A stretch of 64,000 nt of DNA, from the IMG/VR virus record IMGVR_UViG_3300044971_003552, positions 618 through 64,617 of that record; one strand, written 5' to 3'. Under the pieces are notes generated by a model. It was not told the DNA's origin. It made no database searches and saw only the letters and a program-made list of their open reading frames with translations. The stretch is from a virus (Duplodnaviria > Caudoviricetes). The position numbers and the translations under genes are program-made. Below, piece after piece: positions 7,179 to 17,474 of the stretch. Every line of letters begins with the position of its first letter. The stretch's first letter is position 1.

Positions 7179-7472
7179 TCAATACTTTACTGGAACATAA
7201 ACCGTTTGTGGAACTCTTACTATTTCGTATCGTTTAAATAAACACCAATATTGTTTTTCAACAACGGTATTTTGATATGTTGTTACGGGGGTATAATACT
7301 GATAAGGAACATTAATTATTACAACTTGTGGATTATAATAGTAATATGGTAAATATTGACCATATTGAATTGTTGGGGCAACCGGGGTTATTGCTTGAGC
7401 AGATACCCATTGATCAGCATAACTAACGGACCCGTATATCATCAACATTATAACTAATACTATATTTTTCAT
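7179..7472 (-). CDS. hypothetical secreted Tyr/Pro/Val-rich protein
   Basis: ORF track; signal-peptide-like N-terminus; AAGGAG RBS. Confidence 0.7.
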   Translation of the reverse strand: MKNIVLVIMLMIYGSVSYADQWVSAQAITPVAPTIQYGQYLPYYYYNPQVVIINVPYQYYTPVTTYQNTVVEKQYWCLFKRYEIVRVPQTVYVPVKY

Positions 7473-7492
7473 ATTTAATTTACTCCTTATAT

Positions 7493-7524
7493 AAAAATAG
7501 TTCCTAGAAAAATCCAGGAACTAT
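7493..7524 (-). terminator. rho-independent terminator
   Basis: Minus-strand stem ATAGTTCCT...AGGAACTAT followed by a T-run. Confidence 0.55.
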
Positions 7525-7552
7525 ATTTAAAAAACCATTATTTTTATTAAAT

Positions 7553-7801
7553 TCAGCCAGCAGAAGAAACGTCATTTGAAACGTTGGATACTACCTTGTT
7601 CTTAACTGGACGACCTCTCGGCTTCTTTAGTGCTAGCTTGCGTCTTTGGCGACGAACCATAGCTGTTGTAACGTTTTGTCCGGTAATTTGACTAAGCTTT
7701 GCGGCTAGAGCCTCGTCACAAAGAATAGTATGATTTTCTCTAATAAAATCAGTTTCCGAACTTGACCATTTTTTGTAAGTTATCATTTTCTCACTTTCCA
7801 T
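7553..7801 (-). CDS. small basic DNA-binding-like protein (WS..E..FI helix pattern, KPRGRP AT-hook-like motif)
   Basis: ORF track; motif reading. Confidence 0.65.
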   Translation of the reverse strand: MESEKMITYKKWSSSETDFIRENHTILCDEALAAKLSQITGQNVTTAMVRRQRRKLALKKPRGRPVKNKVVSNVSNDVSSAG

Positions 7802-7872
7802 AAATAAAGTTGACTAAAAGTGTAAGAACTCTATTATACTAGTGTTTGGCAAGTTTTGTGCAAGGAGAAAAA

Positions 7873-8028
7873 ATGAACAATAATCCAATAAATATTCTAG
7901 ATTCAATATTGGAAGTTAAAGCATCGGGAGTCGATGTTACAGCAGACCTCTTATTAAACGAAGGCAAAAGCATAGCTCAACTATTATATGACCAAGAAAA
8001 ATCAGAAAATCCTCCAGAAAACTCCTAA
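7873..8028 (+). CDS. small hypothetical protein
   Basis: ATG 7873 after AAGGAG RBS. Confidence 0.55.
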   Translation: MNNNPINILDSILEVKASGVDVTADLLLNEGKSIAQLLYDQEKSENPPENS

Positions 8029-8644
8029 ATTACCTCATGGGGTAACAGAAGAGCAATTTTTGACCGTATTAGATAATATTAGCAAAAGACTAGGTCATAA
8101 ATTTAAATTTGGCTATCATAGTTTTGACGATATGAAACAGCAAGCTGCTGTTTTTGCTTTAGAAGGTCTAGAAAAATACGATAACAAAAGACCTCTTGAA
8201 AATTTCTTATGGACCCACGTTAGAAATAGACTCTTTAATTACAAAAGAGACAACTACCAAAGACCAGATAAGCCGTGTTTAACTTGTCCATTATATGATG
8301 CTCATTGCAAAGCTTCTACAAATCAATGCTTAGAATATTCTGACAAAAGCGAATGCGAATTATATTCGGCCTGGGAGAAAAGAAACAACAGAAAAAAGAA
8401 TATTATGAAACCCGTAGGCATGGACGATCTTGCGGAAAAATCTACAAAATCAATTGTAGAACATGATATTCCAGAAAGTATTTTTAATCAACAAATCATA
8501 GACCTATTAGACAAGCATATTCCCGCACCATATCGTGAATCTTATCTAAGACTAAAATACGGAGAAAAGATTTACAAAGCAGAAATGAACAAACTACACG
8601 AAATTATACAAGATATTTTAAGAGAACATAATTACGAGTATTAA
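7988..8644 (+). CDS. phage sigma70-family (region 2) sigma-factor-like protein with Cys-rich insertion
   Basis: DDMKQQAAVFALEGLEKYD..RPLENFLWTHVRNRLFNYKR resembles sigma region 2; CLTCPLYDAHC...C...C insert. Confidence 0.7.
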   Translation: MTKKNQKILQKTPKLPHGVTEEQFLTVLDNISKRLGHKFKFGYHSFDDMKQQAAVFALEGLEKYDNKRPLENFLWTHVRNRLFNYKRDNYQRPDKPCLTCPLYDAHCKASTNQCLEYSDKSECELYSAWEKRNNRKKNIMKPVGMDDLAEKSTKSIVEHDIPESIFNQQIIDLLDKHIPAPYRESYLRLKYGEKIYKAEMNKLHEIIQDILREHNYEY

Positions 8645-8646
8645 TC

Positions 8647-9459
8647 TTGAGTAAAAAAAGAGGACAATTAAGCCTAGATGAAGAAAAGTTTATAAGACAA
8701 CATGTTTTAAACATGACCATAGAAAATATAGCTTCATCCTTAAATCGGTCAACCGCCCCTATAGAACGATATATAGAGGAAAATCAACTAGCTCGTGATC
8801 CATTAGAAAAAAATGAAGAAAAAATATTATTACAGAAACTTCATAGTAAATCATTCTGGGGAGAAATAAAAAAACAGTTTGATGCTGATAGTGGAGAATT
8901 AGAATATTTTGAAAATGTATGGATCAATTTAGTTAAACAATTTAGAGAAGATGTATTACCTGCCGAAGAGCTTCAGATCAAACAATTTATTACAATAGAT
9001 ATTCTTATTAATCGCAGCATGAAAGAGCGCAAACGTCACATTGCAGAAACCGAAAAATTACAAAAGCAAGTTGATAAAGAATATGAAAAAGTCGAATCTG
9101 AACGAGATATTCCAAAGCTTGCTAATCTTGAAACTCAATTATCTTTTGCTAGGAATAGTATTGCTAATTATACTAATGAATATACTAAACTATTAAATGA
9201 ACAACAAAAAATTAGCAAAGATTTAAAGGCAACCCGTGAGCAACGAATTAAAAGAGTAGAAGATGGTAAAAGTAGTTGGGTAGGACTAATACGTATGTTA
9301 GAAGATGAAGAAATAAGAGAAAAAGAAGGACGAGAAATGAAAATACTAAGTTTAGCAACAGATAAAATTAAAGAAAAACTCTACGACTATCATCAATATG
9401 CAGACAATACTCTTGATCTTCCCTTTTTAACTCCAGAAAGTGTAAAAAATAAATCATGA
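8647..9459 (+). CDS. coiled-coil protein with N-terminal HTH-like segment, possible terminase small subunit
   Basis: ORF track; position upstream of terminase; function is inference. Confidence 0.45.
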   Translation: MSKKRGQLSLDEEKFIRQHVLNMTIENIASSLNRSTAPIERYIEENQLARDPLEKNEEKILLQKLHSKSFWGEIKKQFDADSGELEYFENVWINLVKQFREDVLPAEELQIKQFITIDILINRSMKERKRHIAETEKLQKQVDKEYEKVESERDIPKLANLETQLSFARNSIANYTNEYTKLLNEQQKISKDLKATREQRIKRVEDGKSSWVGLIRMLEDEEIREKEGREMKILSLATDKIKEKLYDYHQYADNTLDLPFLTPESVKNKS

Positions 9460-10433
9460 AAAAAGCTTTAGTTACAGGAATCACTGGACAGGACGGTAGC
9501 TATTTGGCAGAATTTCTACTAGAAAGAGACTATAAAGTAGTAGGATTACATCGTAGATCCTCGTCAAACAATACCCAGCGAATAGCTCATATTTTAGATC
9601 ATCCTAATTTAGTAATAGAGGAATATGATCTGACAGATCCTAGTGGAACTAACAGGGTAATACAAAAATATGAACCAGATGAATTTTATAATCTAGCTGC
9701 TCAGAGCCATGTTGCTACCAGCTTTGAACAACCAACAACCACGTTTGAGATTAATAGTGTTGGAGTAATTAATATCTTAGAAAGTATTCGTAATTTTAGT
9801 TCTCATACTAAATTTTATCAGGCTAGTACTAGCGAAATGTTCGGGCGAAATTATACTCTAAAAGATAATAAAAAATACCAAGATGAAAATACAACAATGC
9901 TACCTCAGAGTCCTTATGGTGTAGCAAAATTAGCGTCTTATCATATGGTTCAAATTTATCGTTCATCATATAATATTTTTGGATGTTCGGGCATACTATT
10001 CAATCATGAGAGTCCAAGGCGTGGAGAAAATTTTGTAACGCGAAAAATAACTAAATATTTAGCAGAATTAATTAAAGGCAAAACTAAGAACAAGTTACAT
10101 CTGGGAAATTTAGATGCTCATAGAGACTGGGGGCATGCTAAAGATTATATAGAAGCTATGTATTTGATGCTACAACACGACAAGCCTGATGACTATGTGG
10201 TTTCTACGGGCGAAACTCATTCTGTAAGGGAATTTTTAGAAGTAGCATTTGGGAGTTTTGATATGAATTATAACGACTATGTGGTGATTGATCCTAAGTT
10301 TTATCGTCCATGCGAAGTTGAATACTTATTGGGCGATTCCTCTAAGGCTCGCTCGGTTTTGGGATGGGTCAATAAAATTTCTTTTAATGAATTAATACAA
10401 GACATGATATCTAGTGATTTAAACAATGCTTAG
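9456..10433 (+). CDS. gmd: GDP-mannose 4,6-dehydratase
   Basis: ALVTGITGQDGSYLAE, NLAAQSHV, YQASTSEMFG, SPYGVAK, LFNHESPRRGENFVTRK, RDWGHAKDY. Confidence 0.96.
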   Translation: MKKALVTGITGQDGSYLAEFLLERDYKVVGLHRRSSSNNTQRIAHILDHPNLVIEEYDLTDPSGTNRVIQKYEPDEFYNLAAQSHVATSFEQPTTTFEINSVGVINILESIRNFSSHTKFYQASTSEMFGRNYTLKDNKKYQDENTTMLPQSPYGVAKLASYHMVQIYRSSYNIFGCSGILFNHESPRRGENFVTRKITKYLAELIKGKTKNKLHLGNLDAHRDWGHAKDYIEAMYLMLQHDKPDDYVVSTGETHSVREFLEVAFGSFDMNYNDYVVIDPKFYRPCEVEYLLGDSSKARSVLGWVNKISFNELIQDMISSDLNNA

Positions 10434-10695
10434 AAACTTTAATGATCCACAATATAAAAAATGGAGAAAGGCCGTCTATAAAAGAGATGGATACAAGTGT
10501 CGTTGGCCTAATTGTAGCTTGAAACGAAAATTAAATGCACATCATATACGAACATGGGCTAATTTTCCCGGTTTGCGATTTGATATTGAAAACGGAATTT
10601 CTCTTTGTTCGTACCATCATAATCTCATAAAAGGTATGGAAAACATTTATGAATCAACCTTCTTGAGAATCTTAGCAAATGATAAACTACAATAA
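10426..10695 (+). CDS. small HNH endonuclease
   Basis: WRKAVYKRDGYKC...C...AHHI...NGISLC..HH. Confidence 0.85.
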   Translation: MLRNFNDPQYKKWRKAVYKRDGYKCRWPNCSLKRKLNAHHIRTWANFPGLRFDIENGISLCSYHHNLIKGMENIYESTFLRILANDKLQ

Positions 10696-11158
10696 TTTTG
10701 AAATCATAATAGACACCAGAGAGCAGCAGCCTTGGATTTTTGAACATCAGACTAAAGCTTGTGAAAAGCTTGATACGGGTGATTATTCTGTTCGAGGATT
10801 AGAGCATCAACTTTGTATAGAGCGTAAAAAAAGTGTTAGTGAAATTGCAAATAATATTACGGAAAAAAGATTCAAAGATGTTGTGGCGCGTATGACACAA
10901 TATAAATATTCATTTTTATTACTAGAATTTGATTTCGATAACGTACTAGCATATCCTGTAGGTTCTAATGTTCCTAAAAAAATGTGGGACAAGCTTAAAA
11001 TTACTCCAAACTTTTTAATTAAACACCTAGTGGAGTTACAAGTGTTTTTTAACATAAAAGTATTATTTTGCGGTTCAGCTTCTAATGCGGAACGCATGGC
11101 ATTATCTATCATGAAAAAGGTTTACGAAATTGAACAACCAAGAAAACAAGATATTTGA
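10679..11158 (+). CDS. ERCC4-domain (XPF/Mus81-like) nuclease
   Basis: IIDTREQ, GDYS, IERKKS motifs. Confidence 0.85.
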   Translation: MINYNNFEIIIDTREQQPWIFEHQTKACEKLDTGDYSVRGLEHQLCIERKKSVSEIANNITEKRFKDVVARMTQYKYSFLLLEFDFDNVLAYPVGSNVPKKMWDKLKITPNFLIKHLVELQVFFNIKVLFCGSASNAERMALSIMKKVYEIEQPRKQDI

Positions 11159-13160
11159 TGACGCTTGGTTAAACCTAGGCGATCTATCAAAAATAGTTAT
11201 ACCTTCAAATCCTATGATTCATAGGTCTAGAGAAGATATAGAAAATCCAGATCTTCATTTAATGAGACTATTAAAAAATCCTGATAACGTAGGATATACA
11301 TGTAAAATATTATTTAACATAGAATTGCATCCATTACAAATTGCAATCTTACAAGAATTATGGGTTCGTGCTTTTCCTATGTATATAGCAAGTCGAGGTC
11401 TTGGTAAAAGTTTTTTATTGGCTTTATATTGTGTTTTAAGAATGACTTTTTATCCAGCAACAAAAATAGTGGTTGTTGGAGCAGCATTTAGGCAGAGTAA
11501 AATTATATTTGAATATATGGAAACTATTTGGCGTAATAGTCCTATATTGCGTAGTATATTTAATGGTAATGACGATGGTCCAAGACGAGATGTTGATAGA
11601 TGTACTATCAGATTAGGAGATAGTTGGACCATTGCTGTTCCGATGGGCGATGGCAGTAAGATCAGAGGTTTAAGAGCACACATCATCATAGCAGACGAAT
11701 TTGCTGCTATTAGTCCTGATATCTACGAAACAGTAGTTTCTGGCTTCGCTGCTGTTAGCGCTAGTCCAATACAAAATGTAAAAGAACAAGCTAGAAGAGC
11801 AGCCATGGCAGAAGTTGGCTTGTGGAATGAAGAACTAGAAACCCTAAATTATAAAATGGGTAATCAGGCTATTATTAGTGGAACTGCTGATTACGATTTT
11901 AAACATTTTGCAAGCTATTGGAAAAGATATAAAGCCATTATTGAAAGTAAAGGAGATATCCATAAATTATCAGAACTCTTTAAGGGAGAAGTTCCGGACA
12001 ATTTTAATTGGAAAGACTATAGCATTATTCGTATTCCCTATGAATTAATTCCTAAGGGTTTTATGGATGATAAACAGGTCAGCAGAGCTAAGGCTACTAT
12101 TCATACTGGTATATACAATATGGAATATGCTGCTTGTTTTACCATTGATAGTTCGGGATTCTTTAAAAGATCATTAATAGAAGGCTGTGTTGTTAATGAT
12201 ACTAATCCCATAGTTATTAATAATAAACCAATTATTTTTGATGCAAAAGTATCGGGAGATTCTAATTTACAATATATTTATGGTATTGACCCAGCTAGTG
12301 AACAAGATAATTTTAGTATAGTTGTACTAGAGGTTCATGCTGATCACTCTCGTATAGTATATGTATGGACAACTAATAGGGCTAATTTTAAAGAAAGACA
12401 AAAAACTGGTTTAGTTAAAGATCATGATTTTTATGGATTTTGTGCAAGAAAAATTAGAAATTTACTTAAAACATTTCCTTGTTCTAGAATCGGATTAGAT
12501 GCTCAAGGCGGAGGCGTGGCGATTGAGGAAGCATTACACGATCCTTCTAAACTAGAGGACGGAGAGAATCTTATATGGCCAGTAATTAATTATGATAAAT
12601 CCAAGGATACCGACTCTCAACCCGGATTACACCTAATAGAGTTGGTACAATTTGCCAAGGCTGATTGGACAAGTCAGGCTAATCATGGTTTACGCAAAGA
12701 TCTTGAAGATAAAGTTCTATTATTTCCTAGATTTGATAATCTTACTTTAGGACTAGCTTTAGAAAAAGAAGGTAAAGACATATTAGAGTCAGAATTAAGT
12801 CCTGTTTATGATAGCTTAAGCGAATGTATTCTAGAAATAGAAGAATTAAAAAATGAACTTACTACAATAGTTATGACTCAAACCAGCACAGGACCAAATG
12901 CTAGAGATCGATGGGATACTCCAGAAGTCAAGATGCCTAATGGAAAAAAGGGTAGACTAAGAAAAGACCGATATAGTGCACTTGTTATAGCTAATATGTT
13001 AGCTCGTCAAATGAATAGGACTTTAAAAAATATTGAATATGATATCATAGGAGATGACGCTAGAACAGCAGTAAAGCATAACGGTCAAATGTACAGAGGA
13101 CCTGAATGGTTTACTAGCGGAGCTAATGATGACGATCTTTATACTGGAATTTATAGATAA
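11130..13160 (+). CDS. terL: terminase large subunit
   Basis: Walker A ASRGLGKS, IRGLRA, Walker B IIADE, nuclease GIDPA...D...KDRYSA; position before portal. Confidence 0.9.
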   Translation: MNNQENKIFDDAWLNLGDLSKIVIPSNPMIHRSREDIENPDLHLMRLLKNPDNVGYTCKILFNIELHPLQIAILQELWVRAFPMYIASRGLGKSFLLALYCVLRMTFYPATKIVVVGAAFRQSKIIFEYMETIWRNSPILRSIFNGNDDGPRRDVDRCTIRLGDSWTIAVPMGDGSKIRGLRAHIIIADEFAAISPDIYETVVSGFAAVSASPIQNVKEQARRAAMAEVGLWNEELETLNYKMGNQAIISGTADYDFKHFASYWKRYKAIIESKGDIHKLSELFKGEVPDNFNWKDYSIIRIPYELIPKGFMDDKQVSRAKATIHTGIYNMEYAACFTIDSSGFFKRSLIEGCVVNDTNPIVINNKPIIFDAKVSGDSNLQYIYGIDPASEQDNFSIVVLEVHADHSRIVYVWTTNRANFKERQKTGLVKDHDFYGFCARKIRNLLKTFPCSRIGLDAQGGGVAIEEALHDPSKLEDGENLIWPVINYDKSKDTDSQPGLHLIELVQFAKADWTSQANHGLRKDLEDKVLLFPRFDNLTLGLALEKEGKDILESELSPVYDSLSECILEIEELKNELTTIVMTQTSTGPNARDRWDTPEVKMPNGKKGRLRKDRYSALVIANMLARQMNRTLKNIEYDIIGDDARTAVKHNGQMYRGPEWFTSGANDDDLYTGIYR

Positions 13161-13217
13161 AGTGTATTAATAATAAAGTAATCGAATTGTAGTTGTATTA
13201 CCTTTAGAATAATAAAT

Positions 13218-15404
13218 ATGGCTAAAAGATATCCAAAAAGTGACGCTATTCAAGACGCATCAAATGATAACAGTCCCGCATATGTAACGTGGGGTGATGA
13301 TTTAGCCAGTAAACAAACTGCTCTTAATCAATCATCCGAGTCTTTGTCTGAATTTACATTAGTTAATAAAACTAGCGGAATGAGAAGATACGGATTAGAT
13401 TATTCTAATCTTGATAAAAATACTAGTGGTCGTCCTGGCCTTAATCGCTCAGATTATGATTATTTTAGACCCGATGAAGCTGTTCCTCGTGAACTTAAAT
13501 TAATATTAAAAAAAGCTGAAGATATTTATCAGAGAGTGGGCTTGGTAAAAAATGTTATAGATCTTATGGGTGATTTTTCAGTACAAGGTATTCGACTTGT
13601 TCACAGAAATAAAAGAATAGAGCGTTTTTATAGACAGTGGTTCAAAAAAATACAAGGTAAAGATCGCAGTGAAAGATTCTTAAATAATTTATATAAAACT
13701 GGTAATGTTGTTATTAATAGACAAACAGGAAAATTAAGCTTAAAGGCAGCCGATAAATTATATAAGACATTAGGTTCTCCCGATATGCAAATACAGGATA
13801 TTAATGATGTTGCTGTCGAGAAACGAGAAATACCTTGGAAATATACTTTTATGGATCCTTTCTATGTGGAAATAGCTGCTGGTCCACTAGCTTCCTTTTC
13901 TTCTAAAAAATCTTATCAATTAGTTTTACCAGCCCAATTACGAAAAATTATCAACAACCCAAAGACAGAAGCTGATAAAAAAATTATTGCAGGGTTACCA
14001 CCGGCTATTCTTGAAGCAGCTAAAACTAGACTTCCATACGACTTGGATGATGAGAAAACACTAGTATTTCACTATAAGAAAGACGATTGGCAGAGTTGGG
14101 CTTTTCCTATGATATACGCCATCATGGATGATATTACAGTTATAGAAAAACTAAAACTAGCAGATATGGCAGCGTTGGACGGAGCAATATCTAATATTCG
14201 TATTTTTAAACTAGGTAGCTTAGAACATAAGATAGCTCCAACCAAAGCCGCGACAGCAAAGCTAGCTCAGATATTGGGTAATAACGTTGGAGGCGGGACA
14301 ATGGATCTTGTGTGGGGGCCTGATATAGAGCTAATAGAAAGCAATACTAATGTTCATCAATTTTTAGGTGAAGGTAAATACGTACCTCATATGAATAGTA
14401 TTTATGCTGGCTTAGGTATACCTCCGACACTAACAGGAACATTCGGGGCTGCTGGAACAACAAATAATTTTATTAGCTTAAAAACTCTCACACAAAGACT
14501 ACAATATGGTAGAGATATACTTGTTTCTTTCTGGGAAAAAGAAATAGAATTAGTACAAAAAGCAATGGGATTTAAATATCCAGCTAAAATTGAATTTGAT
14601 AGAATGGATCTTAGTAATGAAGATACTGAAAAATCACTACTAATACAATTAGCAGATAGAAACATTATCAGTGACGAACTAATACAAACTCGATTTGGGT
14701 TTGACCCAGATATGGAAAAGAGCAGGCTTAATAGAGAAAATAGAGAAAGAGACTCTTCTAGAATGGTTAATAAAGCCGGTCCATGGTTTGATCCAGATCC
14801 TGATGCAGCCTTAAAGAAGATAGCATTACAAACCGGTGTTGTTGCTCCTAGTCAGGTCGGATTGGAACTCGAAAAGAAAAAAAGTAGTGAAAAATCGGCT
14901 TTGGACATGAAAACTCCATCTTTGTCTGCACCTTCAACGAAGTTGGCAAATGATTCGCCAGAATCATTGCCAGGAGTACCAGGACAAGGTCGCCCCAAAA
15001 ATTCCAAGGATTCACAACAACGTAAAACAAAAGTTTTTAAACCACAGACTGGCGCTAAGCTTCTTTTATGGGCAAGTGATACCCAAGACAAGATTAGTCA
15101 AATAGTAAACCCGGTATTGTTACAGTTCTTTAATAAGAAAAACTTAAGAAGCTTATCTAATGAGGAAGTTAAAGAACTAGACTCTATCAAAACCAAACTA
15201 CTATTTAATCTACAACCATTCACAACTATTAGCACAGATATTATTTTACAGTCTCTTAACGATATAGATAGTTCGCCCGAAATAATTCAAGCTTACAGTA
15301 GCTGGTTAAAAGAACTAAAATTAGATCTTAATAAAGATTTAACAGTAGACGAGCTAAAACAAGCAAAAGCTTCATTCTATTGTATGGTGTACTCCTTGGT
15401 ATAA
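13218..15404 (+). CDS. portal protein
   Basis: 728 aa directly after terL and before protease/capsid; GIPP..LTG segment typical of portals. Confidence 0.75.
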   Translation: MAKRYPKSDAIQDASNDNSPAYVTWGDDLASKQTALNQSSESLSEFTLVNKTSGMRRYGLDYSNLDKNTSGRPGLNRSDYDYFRPDEAVPRELKLILKKAEDIYQRVGLVKNVIDLMGDFSVQGIRLVHRNKRIERFYRQWFKKIQGKDRSERFLNNLYKTGNVVINRQTGKLSLKAADKLYKTLGSPDMQIQDINDVAVEKREIPWKYTFMDPFYVEIAAGPLASFSSKKSYQLVLPAQLRKIINNPKTEADKKIIAGLPPAILEAAKTRLPYDLDDEKTLVFHYKKDDWQSWAFPMIYAIMDDITVIEKLKLADMAALDGAISNIRIFKLGSLEHKIAPTKAATAKLAQILGNNVGGGTMDLVWGPDIELIESNTNVHQFLGEGKYVPHMNSIYAGLGIPPTLTGTFGAAGTTNNFISLKTLTQRLQYGRDILVSFWEKEIELVQKAMGFKYPAKIEFDRMDLSNEDTEKSLLIQLADRNIISDELIQTRFGFDPDMEKSRLNRENRERDSSRMVNKAGPWFDPDPDAALKKIALQTGVVAPSQVGLELEKKKSSEKSALDMKTPSLSAPSTKLANDSPESLPGVPGQGRPKNSKDSQQRKTKVFKPQTGAKLLLWASDTQDKISQIVNPVLLQFFNKKNLRSLSNEEVKELDSIKTKLLFNLQPFTTISTDIILQSLNDIDSSPEIIQAYSSWLKELKLDLNKDLTVDELKQAKASFYCMVYSLV

Positions 15405-15422
15405 CAAAAAGAGGTATAAATT

Positions 15423-16991
15423 ATGCAAATATTTAAACAAGAAATTGAAGACGGTCTAGAACACCAGATATCATCTTCTGCATCATTTTCTTATGCTTCT
15501 ATTGCAGAACCCTGCCTATTAAATAAACCTAATCTTACTAACATCAAAAGCCTTGCTTCTTTTAATGATTCTGACTTATATTATGTTCAGTCTATTTTAG
15601 TAAGTTCGTCATGGAATAAAAATGACGATATTTTTGAAAAGGGTGAAGTCTGGATGGCTAGAAAAACACCAGAAGACAAACCTACTAATCTTGAACATGA
15701 TGAAGGAACAATTATAGGACATATTACTAGTAATTGGCCAATCACAGAAGATGGTAATATTATACCAGAAAATATAGATATTAATAAGTTGCCAGAAAAA
15801 TACCATATTTTAACAGGGTCTGTTATCTATAGAGCATTTACCAATCCTGAACTCAAAGATCGTGCAGAAAAATTAATATCTAGTATAGAGTCCGGTAATA
15901 TGTTTGTTAGTATGGAATGCTTTTTTAAGGGATTTGATTACGGCATAACAGATAAAACTACAGGAAAATATAAAGTTTTAGCCCGTAATGAAAATACAGC
16001 ATACTTAACAAAATATCTTAGATCATATGGTGGTGCTGGAGAACATGACAATTATAAGATAGGTAGAGTATTAAGAAATATAACATTTTCTGGTAAAGGC
16101 TTTGTTGAAAAACCTGCTAATCCAGATAGTGTAATTTTTACAAAAGACATTATTGATAGATTATTAGATAAAAAAAATGATAATTTGTCAAATTCAGGTG
16201 TATTTAACAATCAGTCAACCTCTAATGTGGAGAATAGCAATATGAGTGATAATACAGAAGCATCCGTACAAGCTACCGAAACAGCTCCTGAATTTAATGT
16301 TCAGGGTCTACAAGATCAAATTACAGAATTACAAACACAGGTAGCTGCTCAGGCAGAAACAATTAGAACTCTAGAAACAGAGAAGCAAGAAGCAGCAAAA
16401 AAAATTAAGGATGAAGAAGAGAAAATGAAAGAAGAAGCTGCTAAGAAAACTGCTGAAGACGAAGAAGAAAAGGCTGTAAAAGAAGAAGCAGCTAAAAAAT
16501 TAGCTGAAGAAATGACCAATAAAGAAGAAGAAATGAAAAAGGTCAAATCTGAATTAAACACAGCTCTTGAAACTATTGCTGTATATAAAATGAAAGAAGA
16601 AGAAATGGCGAAGAAAGCAAAGAAGATGTCAAGAAAAGCTTCTTTACTCTCTTACGGTTTTGACGACAATTCTGCTGAAGCTACAGTGGAAAAGTTTGAC
16701 AATCTTTCTGATGAAGCTTTTGATGCTATGACATCATTATTTGCTGGCAAAATGCCACCATGGCTCAACAAAGACAAGAAAGACGAAGAAGAAACCGAAA
16801 CCAAGAAGGAGTCAAAAAAGGCTTCTGTTGAGGATACGGTAGACGCTGCTGTTCTTGATAGTGTCGAAGTTGAACCAACTGTAAATCTTAGCGTTGGTAG
16901 CGATGAGGTTTCCTCAATCGATTCCACTCGCGCAGAATTAGTTGAATTTGTTTGTGCTAGACTAGGTAAAAAACTTAATAAGGGAGAATAA
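15423..16991 (+). CDS. prohead protease fused to Glu/Lys-rich coiled-coil scaffold
   Basis: N-terminal WNKNDD..NLEH..IGH..VSMEC..GFVEKPANP; C-terminal EEAAKK repeats; gene order. Confidence 0.75.
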   Translation: MQIFKQEIEDGLEHQISSSASFSYASIAEPCLLNKPNLTNIKSLASFNDSDLYYVQSILVSSSWNKNDDIFEKGEVWMARKTPEDKPTNLEHDEGTIIGHITSNWPITEDGNIIPENIDINKLPEKYHILTGSVIYRAFTNPELKDRAEKLISSIESGNMFVSMECFFKGFDYGITDKTTGKYKVLARNENTAYLTKYLRSYGGAGEHDNYKIGRVLRNITFSGKGFVEKPANPDSVIFTKDIIDRLLDKKNDNLSNSGVFNNQSTSNVENSNMSDNTEASVQATETAPEFNVQGLQDQITELQTQVAAQAETIRTLETEKQEAAKKIKDEEEKMKEEAAKKTAEDEEEKAVKEEAAKKLAEEMTNKEEEMKKVKSELNTALETIAVYKMKEEEMAKKAKKMSRKASLLSYGFDDNSAEATVEKFDNLSDEAFDAMTSLFAGKMPPWLNKDKKDEEETETKKESKKASVEDTVDAAVLDSVEVEPTVNLSVGSDEVSSIDSTRAELVEFVCARLGKKLNKGE

Positions 16992-16992
16992 C

Positions 16993-17448
16993 ATGGCTCT
17001 TAAAGCAGATCGTATTGAACTACTCACAGATATTTCCTTTTTCATGAACACAACTGCCGAACGAGGCGGCGTGGTATCTGCTGTAACAAGCGGTTCAGGC
17101 GTAGCTATGGACGACGCTAACAGCGTAGTTGCATATGCAGCCACCGTCAGCGGAGCCAAGCCTCTAGGCGTTTTGCTAAATGATGTTGTAAACTATGACC
17201 TAACCAGACAGCACATTAACTGGCACAGAGACGAAGTGCAAGTTGGTGGCAAGGTTGTCCTATTGCGTCAGGGACAAGTAACAACAAACATGCTTGTTGG
17301 TGGAACTACTCCAGCAGCTGGTGTTGATGCTTATGTTGGCGTTAGTGGTCTAGTTGGTACTTCCAGCACCAACAGTGTTAAGATCGGCCAGTTCCTTGGT
17401 AGCAAAGATGCTGATGGTTATGTTAAACTATCTGTAAACATTACTTGA
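16993..17448 (+). CDS. head decoration/capsid cement protein
   Basis: 151-aa Gly/Val-rich protein between scaffold and MCP with strong RBS. Confidence 0.6.
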   Translation: MALKADRIELLTDISFFMNTTAERGGVVSAVTSGSGVAMDDANSVVAYAATVSGAKPLGVLLNDVVNYDLTRQHINWHRDEVQVGGKVVLLRQGQVTTNMLVGGTTPAAGVDAYVGVSGLVGTSSTNSVKIGQFLGSKDADGYVKLSVNIT

Positions 17449-17474
17449 TTAAAGCTTTAATAAGGGAGAAAAAA

